A stretch of 63,979 nt of DNA, filler included, from a bacterium (GTDB lineage Bacteria; JBBIVP01), in assembly GCA_037439705.1 (NCBI GenBank). It is 8 parts of 8 records of this genome, joined end to end, with 100 filler letters (N's around TTAATTAATTAA, not from the genome) between each part and the next. Parts side by side here need not be neighbours in the genome. Positions count along the whole stretch, not along the records: positions 8,177 to 16,213 come from JBBIVP010000098.1; positions 16,314 to 24,348 come from JBBIVP010000099.1; 6 more parts are not named here. The stretch is one strand, 5' to 3'. The notes under the pieces are model-generated. The model was not told where the DNA came from and did not search any database. It saw only the letters and a program-made list of their open reading frames with translations. A program made the position numbers and the translations under genes. Positions 10,639-19,903 of this stretch are shown here, one piece after another (the first letter of the stretch is position 1; each line of letters opens with the position of its first letter).

Positions 10639-11546
10639 AGATGATACAAATTGTTTCGCCGGATGTGGATATAAAATGGACGGATAAATTTCCGTACTTT
10701 ATAGGCATCTCCATTCTTTTTATCTTAATCTCCATTATTTCACTTGGAATAAAGGGATTGAGATACGGTCTTGACTTCAGTGGGGGTGCTTTACTTCAGG
10801 TAAGGACAGAAAAGGAAATAGGGATTTCAGATGTCCGAAAGGTTCTCAAGGAGGTTAGTTTTCCATTGTACATCCAGAACTTTGAGGGAAAGGGAGAATT
10901 TATTATAAAATCCGAAGTCCCATCGGAAAAGGTTGAGGAGTTCCGGAATGAGGTAATGGAAAACCTTGAGAAAACTTTTGGAAGCGGTTCTTTTGAGATA
11001 AGAAGGGTTGAAATGGTGGGACCAAAGGTCGGAAAGGATCTTAGAAGGAAGGGAACACTATCAGTCATTTCTGCTGTGATAGCAATGCTCATTTATATCA
11101 CATTGAGGTTTGAGTTCAGATTCGGGGGAGGAGCTATAATAGCCCTCATACACGATGTGATTATTTCGTTGGGAGCTATTTCAATTTTTGAAAAGCCTGT
11201 GGACCTTACAATACTTGCTGCACTATTAACGATTGTAGGATATTCTGTGAATGATACAATCATTATATCGGACAGAATAAGGGAAATGAGAAGAAAGGAA
11301 AAGGGAAAACCCGAAAAGGAGATAATTGATATGTCAATAAATAAAACGCTTTCAAGGACCCTTCTCACAGTTGGAACCACCCTTCTTGCTGTTCTGGCAC
11401 TTTTACTTCTTGGAGGAGGGGTCATTCACGATTTTGCTTTTGTTCTCCTGATTGGTTTTGTTTTCGGAACCTATTCCTCCATTTCAATAGCAACTCCTTT
11501 TGCGTATTATGTATTTGGTGAAAAGAAGGAGAAAAAGAAGCGTTGA
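10635..11546 (+). CDS. secF: Protein translocase subunit SecF
   Basis: GLDFSGG, VGPKVG, GYSVNDTIII.DRIRE, GTYSSI. Confidence 0.97.
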   Translation: MKMIQIVSPDVDIKWTDKFPYFIGISILFILISIISLGIKGLRYGLDFSGGALLQVRTEKEIGISDVRKVLKEVSFPLYIQNFEGKGEFIIKSEVPSEKVEEFRNEVMENLEKTFGSGSFEIRRVEMVGPKVGKDLRRKGTLSVISAVIAMLIYITLRFEFRFGGGAIIALIHDVIISLGAISIFEKPVDLTILAALLTIVGYSVNDTIIISDRIREMRRKEKGKPEKEIIDMSINKTLSRTLLTVGTTLLAVLALLLLGGGVIHDFAFVLLIGFVFGTYSSISIATPFAYYVFGEKKEKKKR

Positions 11547-13039
11547 GGGGAAGAAAACTGTTAATAGGAAGGTTGAAGGAAGGGCAGGACAGGGAAATTT
11601 CTTCTTATCTTTCATCCTTGAAGGAGGATAAAGATCTTTTTGAGATTGAGTTAGATGTCCTTTCAGCCCATGTTCTGACCCTTGAAAAGGCTGGAGTTAT
11701 TGATTCTTCCGTTCTCAAGGAAATCCTTAAAAACATAGAATCAGCAAGAAGGGACAAAGAATTGAGGAGGAAAATAGAAACCTCTTCTTTTGTAGATTCT
11801 CCAGAGTTTTATGACATTCATCCCGCCATTGAAAATTACATCATAAAAAAAACTGGAATGGAAAAAGGAGGCTATATAAATCTCGGAAAGAGCAGGAATG
11901 ACCATGTAGTTGCTGACACAAGGATTTTTACGAGGGAAAAACTTTTGAAATTTTTTGAACTTTCCATTTCTCTCTTAAAAACCCTTTTAAGAAGGGCTGG
12001 TGAAAATCTGAATTCACCCTTCATAGCATTTACCCATTCTCAGCCAGCTCAGATAACGACATTCGGATATTATCTTCTTTCCCATGCCTATCCAGTTTTG
12101 AGAGCCCTTGAAACAGGGATACCTTTTTTTGATGAATTAAACCTTTCGCCAATGGGAGCCTGTGCGGTTGCTGGGACAGGGGTTCCCCTTGACAGGGAGT
12201 GGACCGCAAAAATCCTTGGTTTCAGGGGTGTTATAAGAAATGCAATTGATGCTGTATCCTCAAGGGATTTTTTTCTTTATGCCTCTTTTCCAATGCTTGA
12301 AGTTATGATAGTTCTTTCAAGGCTGGCTTCAGATATAATCTATTTTTCCTCCATGGGTTATGAACTCATTGAGCTTCCGGATAGTCTCACGGATACAAGT
12401 TCAGCCATGCCCCAGAAAAAAAATGCTTCTCCCATGGAGCTTTTGAGGGCAAGGACAAACGAGGTCCTTTCAATTTTTGAATGTATGGGGAATATAATTG
12501 CTGGGAAAATCTCGGGATACAATCAGGATTTCCAGGAATTGAAGACTTTGTGGTGGAGGCTTTCAGATTTGGTGCTTTCCTCCATTTCTGTTGCAGAAAA
12601 ATTTGTTTCTTCTGTGGTTTTAAACCGAAAAAGAGTAGAGGAAGCAATTTCAAAATACTTTGTGGGAGCAATTGACCTTGCTGAGGTTCTATCCATAAAG
12701 TATAAAATTCCTTTCAGGATGGCACACAGGATAACAGGCTCTCTTGTGATGAAATTGATAAAGGAAGGGAAGGGTTTAAAAGAAATAAAGAAGGAAGAGA
12801 TTGAGACTGCTGTTAAGAAACTTTCAGGGCTGAAAATAGATTTTAAGGATATGGATGTTTTTGACCCCCTAAAAAACCTGAGTCTGAAAGAGGAATTTTA
12901 TTCAAAGAGAGTTTTGAATAAGGATTTAAAAGACCTTTTGAGAAGAATAAAAAAAGTTGAAACAGAGATTGTGAAGAGAAAAAAGGAAATAGAACTTGCG
13001 AGAAAAAATCTGGAGAAAATGATTTCTGAAAGAAAATGA
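11543..13039 (+). CDS. argH: Argininosuccinate lyase (divergent)
   Basis: GKSRND, THSQPAQ, SSAMPQKKN, YNQDFQE; fumarase/ASL superfamily signature. Confidence 0.85.
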   Translation: MRGRKLLIGRLKEGQDREISSYLSSLKEDKDLFEIELDVLSAHVLTLEKAGVIDSSVLKEILKNIESARRDKELRRKIETSSFVDSPEFYDIHPAIENYIIKKTGMEKGGYINLGKSRNDHVVADTRIFTREKLLKFFELSISLLKTLLRRAGENLNSPFIAFTHSQPAQITTFGYYLLSHAYPVLRALETGIPFFDELNLSPMGACAVAGTGVPLDREWTAKILGFRGVIRNAIDAVSSRDFFLYASFPMLEVMIVLSRLASDIIYFSSMGYELIELPDSLTDTSSAMPQKKNASPMELLRARTNEVLSIFECMGNIIAGKISGYNQDFQELKTLWWRLSDLVLSSISVAEKFVSSVVLNRKRVEEAISKYFVGAIDLAEVLSIKYKIPFRMAHRITGSLVMKLIKEGKGLKEIKKEEIETAVKKLSGLKIDFKDMDVFDPLKNLSLKEEFYSKRVLNKDLKDLLRRIKKVETEIVKRKKEIELARKNLEKMISERK

Positions 13040-13722
13040 GCCTTCTTACGGTTATAATGCCTGTTTACAATGAAAGGGATACAATTCCAGTAGTTATTGA
13101 AAGGGTAAAATTACTCGCCCTCAATAATCAATGGGAGGTTATTATTGTTGATGATGGTTCAGATAATGGAACATACGAGTTTATTATGAGTTATCCTCAA
13201 AAATTTTTTAAACTTTTAAGAAATGAGAAAAATATGGGAAAGGGGGAAAGTATCAGAAGAGGAATTGAACATGCCAATTCAGAGTTTGTTATTATTCAGG
13301 ATGCAGACCTTGAGTATTCTCCTGAGGAAATAGAGTTGCTTTTAAATTATGCCGTGGAGAAGAAAGCAGATGCAGTTTATGGTTCAAGATTTATTTCTTC
13401 AAAAAAGGGTTCCTTTCTGTTTTTAATGGGTAATCTTTTTTTAACATTTATGACGAACCTCCTTTTTCGTTCAAAAATAACAGACATGGAAACATGTTAC
13501 AAACTTGTAAAAACCGATATTCTTAAAAATCTTGATTTAAAAAGCAAAAGATTTGACATAGAGCCTGAAATAACAGCAAAGCTTTTGAAAAGGGGTATAA
13601 AAATCCACGAACTTCCCATTTCTTACTTTCCGAGAAAGGCTGGTAAAAAGATAAAGATAAAGGATGGCTTTTCTGCCCTGAAAAAATTGATAGAGGTAAG
13701 ATTCTTTGAGAAAACAAAATAG
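13036..13722 (+). CDS. GT2 glycosyltransferase (polyprenol-phosphate sugar synthase-like)
   Basis: MPVYNE, IVDDGSDNGT, IQDADLEY, DMETCYK, FDIEPEITAK. Confidence 0.9.
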   Translation: MSLLTVIMPVYNERDTIPVVIERVKLLALNNQWEVIIVDDGSDNGTYEFIMSYPQKFFKLLRNEKNMGKGESIRRGIEHANSEFVIIQDADLEYSPEEIELLLNYAVEKKADAVYGSRFISSKKGSFLFLMGNLFLTFMTNLLFRSKITDMETCYKLVKTDILKNLDLKSKRFDIEPEITAKLLKRGIKIHELPISYFPRKAGKKIKIKDGFSALKKLIEVRFFEKTK

Positions 13723-13745
13723 CTCCGTCGCTTCGCTCCAATTTT

Positions 13746-14135
13746 TTATCTGATCAGTTCCCTATGTCTTCCTTCAGCCCTTTCCTCCATCTTTTCAAGA
13801 ATTCTCGCTATCTCCCTGAAAAGTTCCCTCGTTTCCTTCCTCCCTTCCTCACTCCTCTCATCCATCTTTGCAAGGATTCTCGCAGTCTCTTTGAAAAACT
13901 CCCTTGTCTCCCCCCTTCCTTCTGCTATTATTCTCTGAAGTCTCTTTCCCCCATCTTCTGTTATCTTTTCAAGCCTTTTAAACCCTTCCTTCACCTCTTT
14001 ATCCATCCTCCATCCAAGAAATAAACTTATTCCTCCCAGAATTATTCCGAGAATGGTAAACATAAGCGCGGAATTAAATGGTAGGAAAGCCCAGCTTAAA
14101 CCAATTGCTCCTGCTATGAGAAATGCCAACCACAT
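13746..14135 (-). CDS. Hypothetical membrane protein: two TM helices plus a charged coiled coil with a ~25-aa internal repeat
   Basis: Hydrophobic N-terminus; EGRGETREFFKETARILAKMDERSE / EGRKETRELFREIARILEKMEERAE. Confidence 0.7.
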   Translation of the reverse strand: MWLAFLIAGAIGLSWAFLPFNSALMFTILGIILGGISLFLGWRMDKEVKEGFKRLEKITEDGGKRLQRIIAEGRGETREFFKETARILAKMDERSEEGRKETRELFREIARILEKMEERAEGRHRELIR

Positions 14136-14308
14136 AATGAAATTATAACCGGAAAATTTTCAAAAGTCAGGAAATTGAAAAAAATCAACCTCAATAAAAA
14201 TTAACGAAAATTTAGAAAAAAGGATTGTGGAAGTCAAAATTCAAAACCTGACCCTACACCGAAGACAAATCAAAAGCCAAGTCCTGACCCAGACCCCACA
14301 GAAAATTC

Positions 14309-14337
14309 TTGAAACTTCAAATTGTGGAGTATAAAAT
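14309..14337 (+). promoter_or_regulatory. Sigma-70-type promoter
   Basis: TTGAAA-N17-TAAAAT; AGGAGG before ATG 14358. Confidence 0.6.
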
Positions 14338-14357
14338 TTTAAAAAAAAGGAGGAGAA

Positions 14358-16127
14358 ATGAAGAAAAAAGTTTTTTTGCTTTTTCTTCTGGTTGGATGTG
14401 CTACAGAACCAATAGATGTAAAAATAAAAGAAAAAATGTCATCAGCGGAGTCTGCACTGAAAAATGCTGACTATAATATGGCAAGGCTTTACTATGAAGA
14501 AGTGCTCAAACTTGATAAGAACTACTCTCCTGCTAAATTCGGTTTGATAATTTCAGACACATTTGCAAAAATTTCGGAGATTCAGGAATCCCTTGACCTT
14601 ATATCTTCCATCCTTTCCCTTCTCGGCGGTCAGCAAACTCAAGGAGGAATATCATCACTTATAAGGAACTTCCTTGAAAATGCCCTCATTTCAACCTTAA
14701 GAAACCACCTTGATTGCACGGATGGAATATGCTTTGATGAAATTGAAAAGGATTCGTCTTTTGAGTTTTCAGTTGAATCTTTGCCCTTAAAATTGTCTTT
14801 TGGCGGGGTTCCCGTGGTTGACCTTGATTTCGGAGGAAGGTTCAATATCGGAGAGGTTTATTTTCTTGAAGCCCTTTATTCAGGAGTTGTCGGTTTCTCC
14901 GAGATTTTATATACAATAGACCTGAACATAAACATTTTTGACCTTGCAAGTTTTCTTTTTAACTCCGGAATTCTATCTGTTATGAGCGAGGATCCCTTGA
15001 ATGGATTTCTGAGGCTTCTTGCTTCTGTTCTTAACGCAAATTCCAACTTTCTCGGATACAATGGGATGGAAGGTTATCTTTTATCATCAAGAGAAAGAAT
15101 TATAAATGCCTTTGATAGCGAACTCAATTCAATAAATCACCTTTTGAGCAAGAGTTATGAAGATGATACAATTCTTACAGTACACAAGGATCAACCTGAT
15201 ACGATAATTTTTAGATTCAACAATAAACTTCAGCCTGCTCAAACCCCAAAAAAGTGTGAGGGAGTATCTGCTGGAAGGAATGTGTGCGTTTTGATAAAGA
15301 TATCAAAAGAGCTCTTAGAATCAATAGACCATCTTAAAAAGTCCTTTACCACCCCCGGCGAATACGCAAGTTGGGCTGGTGAGATAGCCCCTATAATTGC
15401 TGTTCTTTTCCAGACCCTTATAGATTCAGGAATACTTCTAAACATTATTGATTATGTTCTTACCTTTGTCCAGATAGGAGAAGAGCAAAGCTCAATTATA
15501 GATACCATAAAAACCTTCCTCACCCCGGGAACAGTATCCTATGAACTCATCTGGGGGGTATTAACTGCAATTATTCCGGATGTAGTTCAGATTTCTCCGG
15601 CAACCCTTTTTGAATCTGCAAAGAACGGAAAGTTTTCAATAAGGGGAATCCTTCCCGTATGGACAAAATATAATATCTCCTATCCCGCGGATGTAACATC
15701 TGCTGATACATTCTGGCTTGAGTGGGAATGCGGGACAAAAACGGTTCCGCCTCAATTTTATCCTGACCTTCCTGATAAAAGCCTGCTTGAGGACCTTGGA
15801 ATAGGGATTCCATTGGTATGTAAAAAGGATGTCCCACTTCATGATTCAAAACATTTTGAAAACAGTTATCCACTTGGAGACAATGTAAATATAAATCCAC
15901 TTTTTCCTGACGGAGTTTCTATAAGTTTACCATATATTTACCTTAAAGACCCGACATTGGGAGGTGCTTTGAAGGTAAACCTTTCAAACCTTTCCGCCCC
16001 TTATAACTCAATAAACTGCGTAGAAACATCGTGGCATGTTCCTCAAAGCAATTGTGAGATAAACGCAATATTTCACGGAATTTTCTCAAGCATAATCTCC
16101 CTTATCAGCGGAGGCATTTCATTTTGA
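14358..16127 (+). CDS. Hypothetical lipoprotein with an N-terminal TPR-like repeat
   Basis: Lipobox LVGC; AESALKNADYNMARLYYEEVLKLDKNYSPAKFGL resembles one TPR; remainder not recognised. Confidence 0.7.
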   Translation: MKKKVFLLFLLVGCATEPIDVKIKEKMSSAESALKNADYNMARLYYEEVLKLDKNYSPAKFGLIISDTFAKISEIQESLDLISSILSLLGGQQTQGGISSLIRNFLENALISTLRNHLDCTDGICFDEIEKDSSFEFSVESLPLKLSFGGVPVVDLDFGGRFNIGEVYFLEALYSGVVGFSEILYTIDLNINIFDLASFLFNSGILSVMSEDPLNGFLRLLASVLNANSNFLGYNGMEGYLLSSRERIINAFDSELNSINHLLSKSYEDDTILTVHKDQPDTIIFRFNNKLQPAQTPKKCEGVSAGRNVCVLIKISKELLESIDHLKKSFTTPGEYASWAGEIAPIIAVLFQTLIDSGILLNIIDYVLTFVQIGEEQSSIIDTIKTFLTPGTVSYELIWGVLTAIIPDVVQISPATLFESAKNGKFSIRGILPVWTKYNISYPADVTSADTFWLEWECGTKTVPPQFYPDLPDKSLLEDLGIGIPLVCKKDVPLHDSKHFENSYPLGDNVNINPLFPDGVSISLPYIYLKDPTLGGALKVNLSNLSAPYNSINCVETSWHVPQSNCEINAIFHGIFSSIISLISGGISF

Positions 16128-16213
16128 AGAAGGCTTTAATAACACTTCTTTTTGGAGGGGCAGTTTTGGCGTAGGGGTTAGTGTCGTTTGGGGTAAGCCT
16201 TATTCGTCGTGAT

Positions 16214-16313
16214 NNNNNNNNNNNNNNNNNNNNNNNNNNNNNNNNNNNNNNNNNNNNTTAATTAATTAANNNNNNNNNNNNNNNNNNNNNNNNNNNNNNN
16301 NNNNNNNNNNNNN
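16214..16313. other. Artificial contig linker
   Basis: N-TTAATTAATTAA-N, 100 nt. Confidence 0.99.
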
Positions 16314-16410
16314 TAAGACAAATTTCCAGAAAAATCTAAAATTAAAGAAAATATATTTAGAGAGAGAGAACTCTTTAGAAAATTTCTATCCCTCTTTCTC
16401 ATACATTAAA

Positions 16411-16438
16411 ATTATAAAAGAGAGAAAACAAAAGTCAA
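16411..16438 (-). promoter_or_regulatory. Near-consensus sigma-70 promoter firing toward the contig edge
   Basis: TTGACT-N16-TATAAT on the minus strand in AT-rich DNA. Confidence 0.55.
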
Positions 16439-16539
16439 GCAAAAATTTTAATTTTTTCTTATGTCAAGAAAATCAAAAATTCCTTCAAAAAAATCTACAA
16501 AAAAGCCCACTTTTTCAGAACCCTCATAGAATTCTGAAA

Positions 16540-16974
16540 TTAATTTCCCTTTTTTATCACAATCTGGAGGATATTTCTCTTTCTATCAGGAGAGGTAATA
16601 AAGAAAGATGCCTCTCCCTCTTTATCCACATATTCCCTCAATTCCTTGGAAATCGGAATGTCATATCCTGGGTACTTCCCGTAATCTCCTCCTTCTTCCT
16701 TTACATATATTTCACCCGTGTATGAAGATTTTTTGAATTTTATGGAAAAAGTATATTTGTTCCCGGGAAGAACCAGAAATTCAAAGGGCTCTTTTAATTT
16801 TTCTTCACCAACACGAACTTCTAAAGCATCCTCAACAAATGTAAATCTCGCTGTAAATTGAAGGGCTTCCTTGAGAAGCGCTTCCTTTCTTTCTTTCTCA
16901 TACTTTTCGTATGCTAACTCCCTTGATGGACCACAGGAAAATAGAAAAAGTAAAATGCACAAAATTTTTTTCAC
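16540..16974 (-). CDS. Hypothetical lipoprotein
   Basis: GTG start with GAGGT ribosome site; lipobox LFSC. Confidence 0.7.
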   Translation of the reverse strand: MKKILCILLFLFSCGPSRELAYEKYEKERKEALLKEALQFTARFTFVEDALEVRVGEEKLKEPFEFLVLPGNKYTFSIKFKKSSYTGEIYVKEEGGDYGKYPGYDIPISKELREYVDKEGEASFFITSPDRKRNILQIVIKKGN

Positions 16975-17012
16975 TTCTTCACCTCATTTGAATTTTACTA
17001 TTCTTTTATAAA

Positions 17013-18707
17013 CTATTCAAGAAAAATGTTTTCATACTGTTTTCTTAAGAGCTTTTTGTCAATTTTCATTGTTGCTCCGTATGGCATCTCCTGAACGATT
17101 ATAACCTTTCTCGGTGCCTTATATGGTGCAATGTTCTTCTTAGCCCATTCAAGGAGTTTTTCTTCTGTTGCTTTTGATCCTGGCTTGAGTCTCACAATTG
17201 CGATTGGTTTCTGCCCCTTTATCTTATCCTTTACACCTATTACTGCCACCTCAGCAATATCTGAATTTTCCATCATCTCTTCCTCTACTTCTTTTGAGAA
17301 TACAGAATAACCTCCGACCTTTATCATATCCTTTTCCCTGTCCACAAAGTAAAGCCTTCCCTTTTTATCCATCCGCATGATATCTCCTGTCCTGAACCAC
17401 CCATCTTTAAATGCAGTCTTATTCAGTTCATCAGCCTTCCAGTAAGCCTTTATGACCCTTGGCCCACGAACAATAAGCTCACCGGGTTCACCTACCTTTA
17501 CCTCATTCCAGTTTTCATCAACAATTTTTACCTCCATCTGCCTTGTTGGCTTTCCAACGCATCCATGAGGCTTTTCCCTCCATTTTCTGAAGAAGAATGG
17601 ATGGACATAAAGGGCTGTTATTCCTGTGGTTTCAACCTGTCCATAACCTTCAAAGAAAAGTGGTGGAATTACTTGTCTGCCAAATAATCTTATTCCTCCA
17701 TATTTTCTGAATTCCTCCAGGTATTCCTTCGGCAATGCATCTGCAGCGCTACCCCATACCTTCATCTTGGAGAGGTCATAATTTCTTGCACCTGTTATGG
17801 AGAGCATCGCGTACATTGCTGGAACTCCTATGAAAACCCTGACTCCATATTTCTCCATTATTTTTAAGGCATATTCAGGTTCAAATCTTGACATAAAGAT
17901 GCATGGAAGACCCATTGAACACATGGCAATCATCATTACATAACCCATTACATGTGCCAGTGGAACAACATAGAGTCCAAGAAACCGATTAAATGTTGGA
18001 AATAATCCTCCCAAAAGAACCGTCCTCTTGATTGTTCTTGCTACTGCCTCTTCGTGAAGAATTGCTCCCTTTGGATATCCCGTGGTCCCCGAGGTATAAA
18101 GGATAGAAACCATATCATCCGGATGCTTTTCAACTGGTTCAAGTTCCTCCTTCGAATTTAACATCATTTGAGTCAGGCTATAAAATCCCTCTGGAACCTC
18201 CTCCCTTGTCAGCATTACCCACTTCTTTATGGAAGGAAATTTTGATATATCCTCTATGCTCGCATTGAAAACCTGTCTGTCCGTTACAAGAACCTCTGCT
18301 TCAGCGTTCTCAACCACATACTTTATTTCGTTTGGTTTATACATGGCATTAAGTGGAACAACAACAGCGCCGATCTTCATTCCAGCAAAGTAGGCAAATA
18401 CGAGTTCAATTCTGTTCATTGTTATAAAGGCAATTCTATCTCCCTTCTTTACTCCGAGTTCTTTAAAGGCATTTCCCATTCTGTTTATGAATTTCAGCAT
18501 ATCCCTGTATGTAAAGGCTGAACCTTTAAAAAATCCGTAATCCAGCTCTTTTTCAAGGAAAAAAGTTTTTCTGTCCCCATATATATCAGAAAGAATATCA
18601 ATCCAGTTGGAGGTGTCAAATTTATTGTAGGAAAAAAGAACCTTGAAGAGTTTTTTAAAGTAAAAGGGTTTTGCGTTCTCTAATTCAATTCTCTCTTTCT
18701 CAACCAT
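17013..18707 (-). CDS. Long-chain acyl-CoA synthetase (AMP-binding family)
   Basis: LYTSGTTGYPKG, EGYGQVET, FRTGD, DREKDMIKVGG. Confidence 0.92.
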   Translation of the reverse strand: MVEKERIELENAKPFYFKKLFKVLFSYNKFDTSNWIDILSDIYGDRKTFFLEKELDYGFFKGSAFTYRDMLKFINRMGNAFKELGVKKGDRIAFITMNRIELVFAYFAGMKIGAVVVPLNAMYKPNEIKYVVENAEAEVLVTDRQVFNASIEDISKFPSIKKWVMLTREEVPEGFYSLTQMMLNSKEELEPVEKHPDDMVSILYTSGTTGYPKGAILHEEAVARTIKRTVLLGGLFPTFNRFLGLYVVPLAHVMGYVMMIAMCSMGLPCIFMSRFEPEYALKIMEKYGVRVFIGVPAMYAMLSITGARNYDLSKMKVWGSAADALPKEYLEEFRKYGGIRLFGRQVIPPLFFEGYGQVETTGITALYVHPFFFRKWREKPHGCVGKPTRQMEVKIVDENWNEVKVGEPGELIVRGPRVIKAYWKADELNKTAFKDGWFRTGDIMRMDKKGRLYFVDREKDMIKVGGYSVFSKEVEEEMMENSDIAEVAVIGVKDKIKGQKPIAIVRLKPGSKATEEKLLEWAKKNIAPYKAPRKVIIVQEMPYGATMKIDKKLLRKQYENIFLE

Positions 18708-18720
18708 CTTTTACCTCCTA

Positions 18721-18764
18721 TTATTATAGTAATAAAATGTTATTACAATAGTAATAAAAGTCAA
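18721..18764 (-). promoter_or_regulatory. Promoter overlapped by tandem palindromic operator-like sites
   Basis: TTGACT-N16-TAACAT (minus); TTATTA-N3-TAATAA at 18721-18735 and TTATTAC-N4-GTAATAA at 18740-18757. Confidence 0.55.
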
Positions 18765-18802
18765 GAGGAATTTTTTTCCGGGAGGTGGTCGGGAATTTTT
18801 CC

Positions 18803-19335
18803 TTACCAGTTATAATATAAATAAATTGAGGCTCCTGGAGAAATGGTTGTAACTTCTTCTCCTGTGTATAAAGCCATCGGAAAGATGTTAAATCCCAAAC
18901 TTATATGCTTAACAATTGAAAACCCGAATCCAGTTTCTACACCCATCCCTATACCCGTATGAAAACGCACTGTAGAGTCGTCCTCTTCATCAATGCTCCA
19001 TAGAAACCAGCCCTCCGGTCACATAAAACCTCCATTCTTTTGCTTTTGAAACTTCATATTGGACTTCCACTCCCGTGGAATAAGCGCAACCTCCGTCGGT
19101 GTCTTCACCATAAATTAGTCCTCCTGTTATCTGAATAAAGCCATGGATTGGGAGAATGGTATCTGATAGAAAACCCTATCCCTGAAATACTGCTTATACT
19201 TACACCAGCAGAAAAGTATTTTACATAGGTAAAAGTTGGTTTTTCTTCTCCCTTGCTAATACAGGGAAATAAACAAAAGAAGCCTACTACGAAAGTTAAT
19301 ATAAAGTGCCTTTTCTTCTCAATCTCTTTTGTCAC
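18803..19335 (-). pseudogene. Small outer-membrane beta-barrel-like gene broken by two frameshifts
   Basis: Three frames join to signal peptide...NPWL/IQITGGLIYG...FYVTG/GWFLWSID...GASIYLYYNW*; alternating beta pattern and aromatic C-terminus. Confidence 0.7.
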
Positions 19336-19453
19336 TTTTTAATAATTATACGCCCTCCCCCCTTCATGCTTCAAGATTTGTGTTGTACATTACAGGGCTT
19401 GATTATTGCTTCATTTTGAGGTTAAATCTAAAAAATTTTTAAAGGAGAAAAAG

Positions 19454-19903
19454 ATGGAGAGACTTTATTATGAGGATGTGGAAGTAGGAGATGAGTGGAC
19501 TTCAGGAGGAAGGACAATCACAGAGGCTGATATTGTAAACTTTGCAGGTATATCGGGAGACTTCAATCCCCTTCACATAGATGAGGAGTTTGGAAAAAAG
19601 ACAATTTTTGGAAAAAGAATTGCTCACGGTCTTTTAGGGCTTGCAATAATGAGCGGTCTCGGAAGTTTTTATCCGCCAATGAGAACTGTTGCTTTTCTCG
19701 GGATTAAGGAATGGAACTTCAAGGCTCCAATTTATATTGGAGATACAATTTATGTGAAAACCAAAGTTATTGAAAAAAGACTTACCTCAAAGGGAGACCG
19801 GGGAATAATAGTCTGGGAAAAAAAGGTTATAAATCAGAGGGGAGAAGTTGTCCAGGAAGGAAAGACAACAACAATGGTTGAGGTGAGGAGTAAACCCGCA
19901 TGA
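19454..19903 (+). CDS. MaoC-like (R)-specific enoyl-CoA hydratase/dehydratase
   Basis: RTITEADIVNFAGISGDFNPLH, RIAHG; AAGGAG before ATG 19454. Confidence 0.9.
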   Translation: MERLYYEDVEVGDEWTSGGRTITEADIVNFAGISGDFNPLHIDEEFGKKTIFGKRIAHGLLGLAIMSGLGSFYPPMRTVAFLGIKEWNFKAPIYIGDTIYVKTKVIEKRLTSKGDRGIIVWEKKVINQRGEVVQEGKTTTMVEVRSKPA

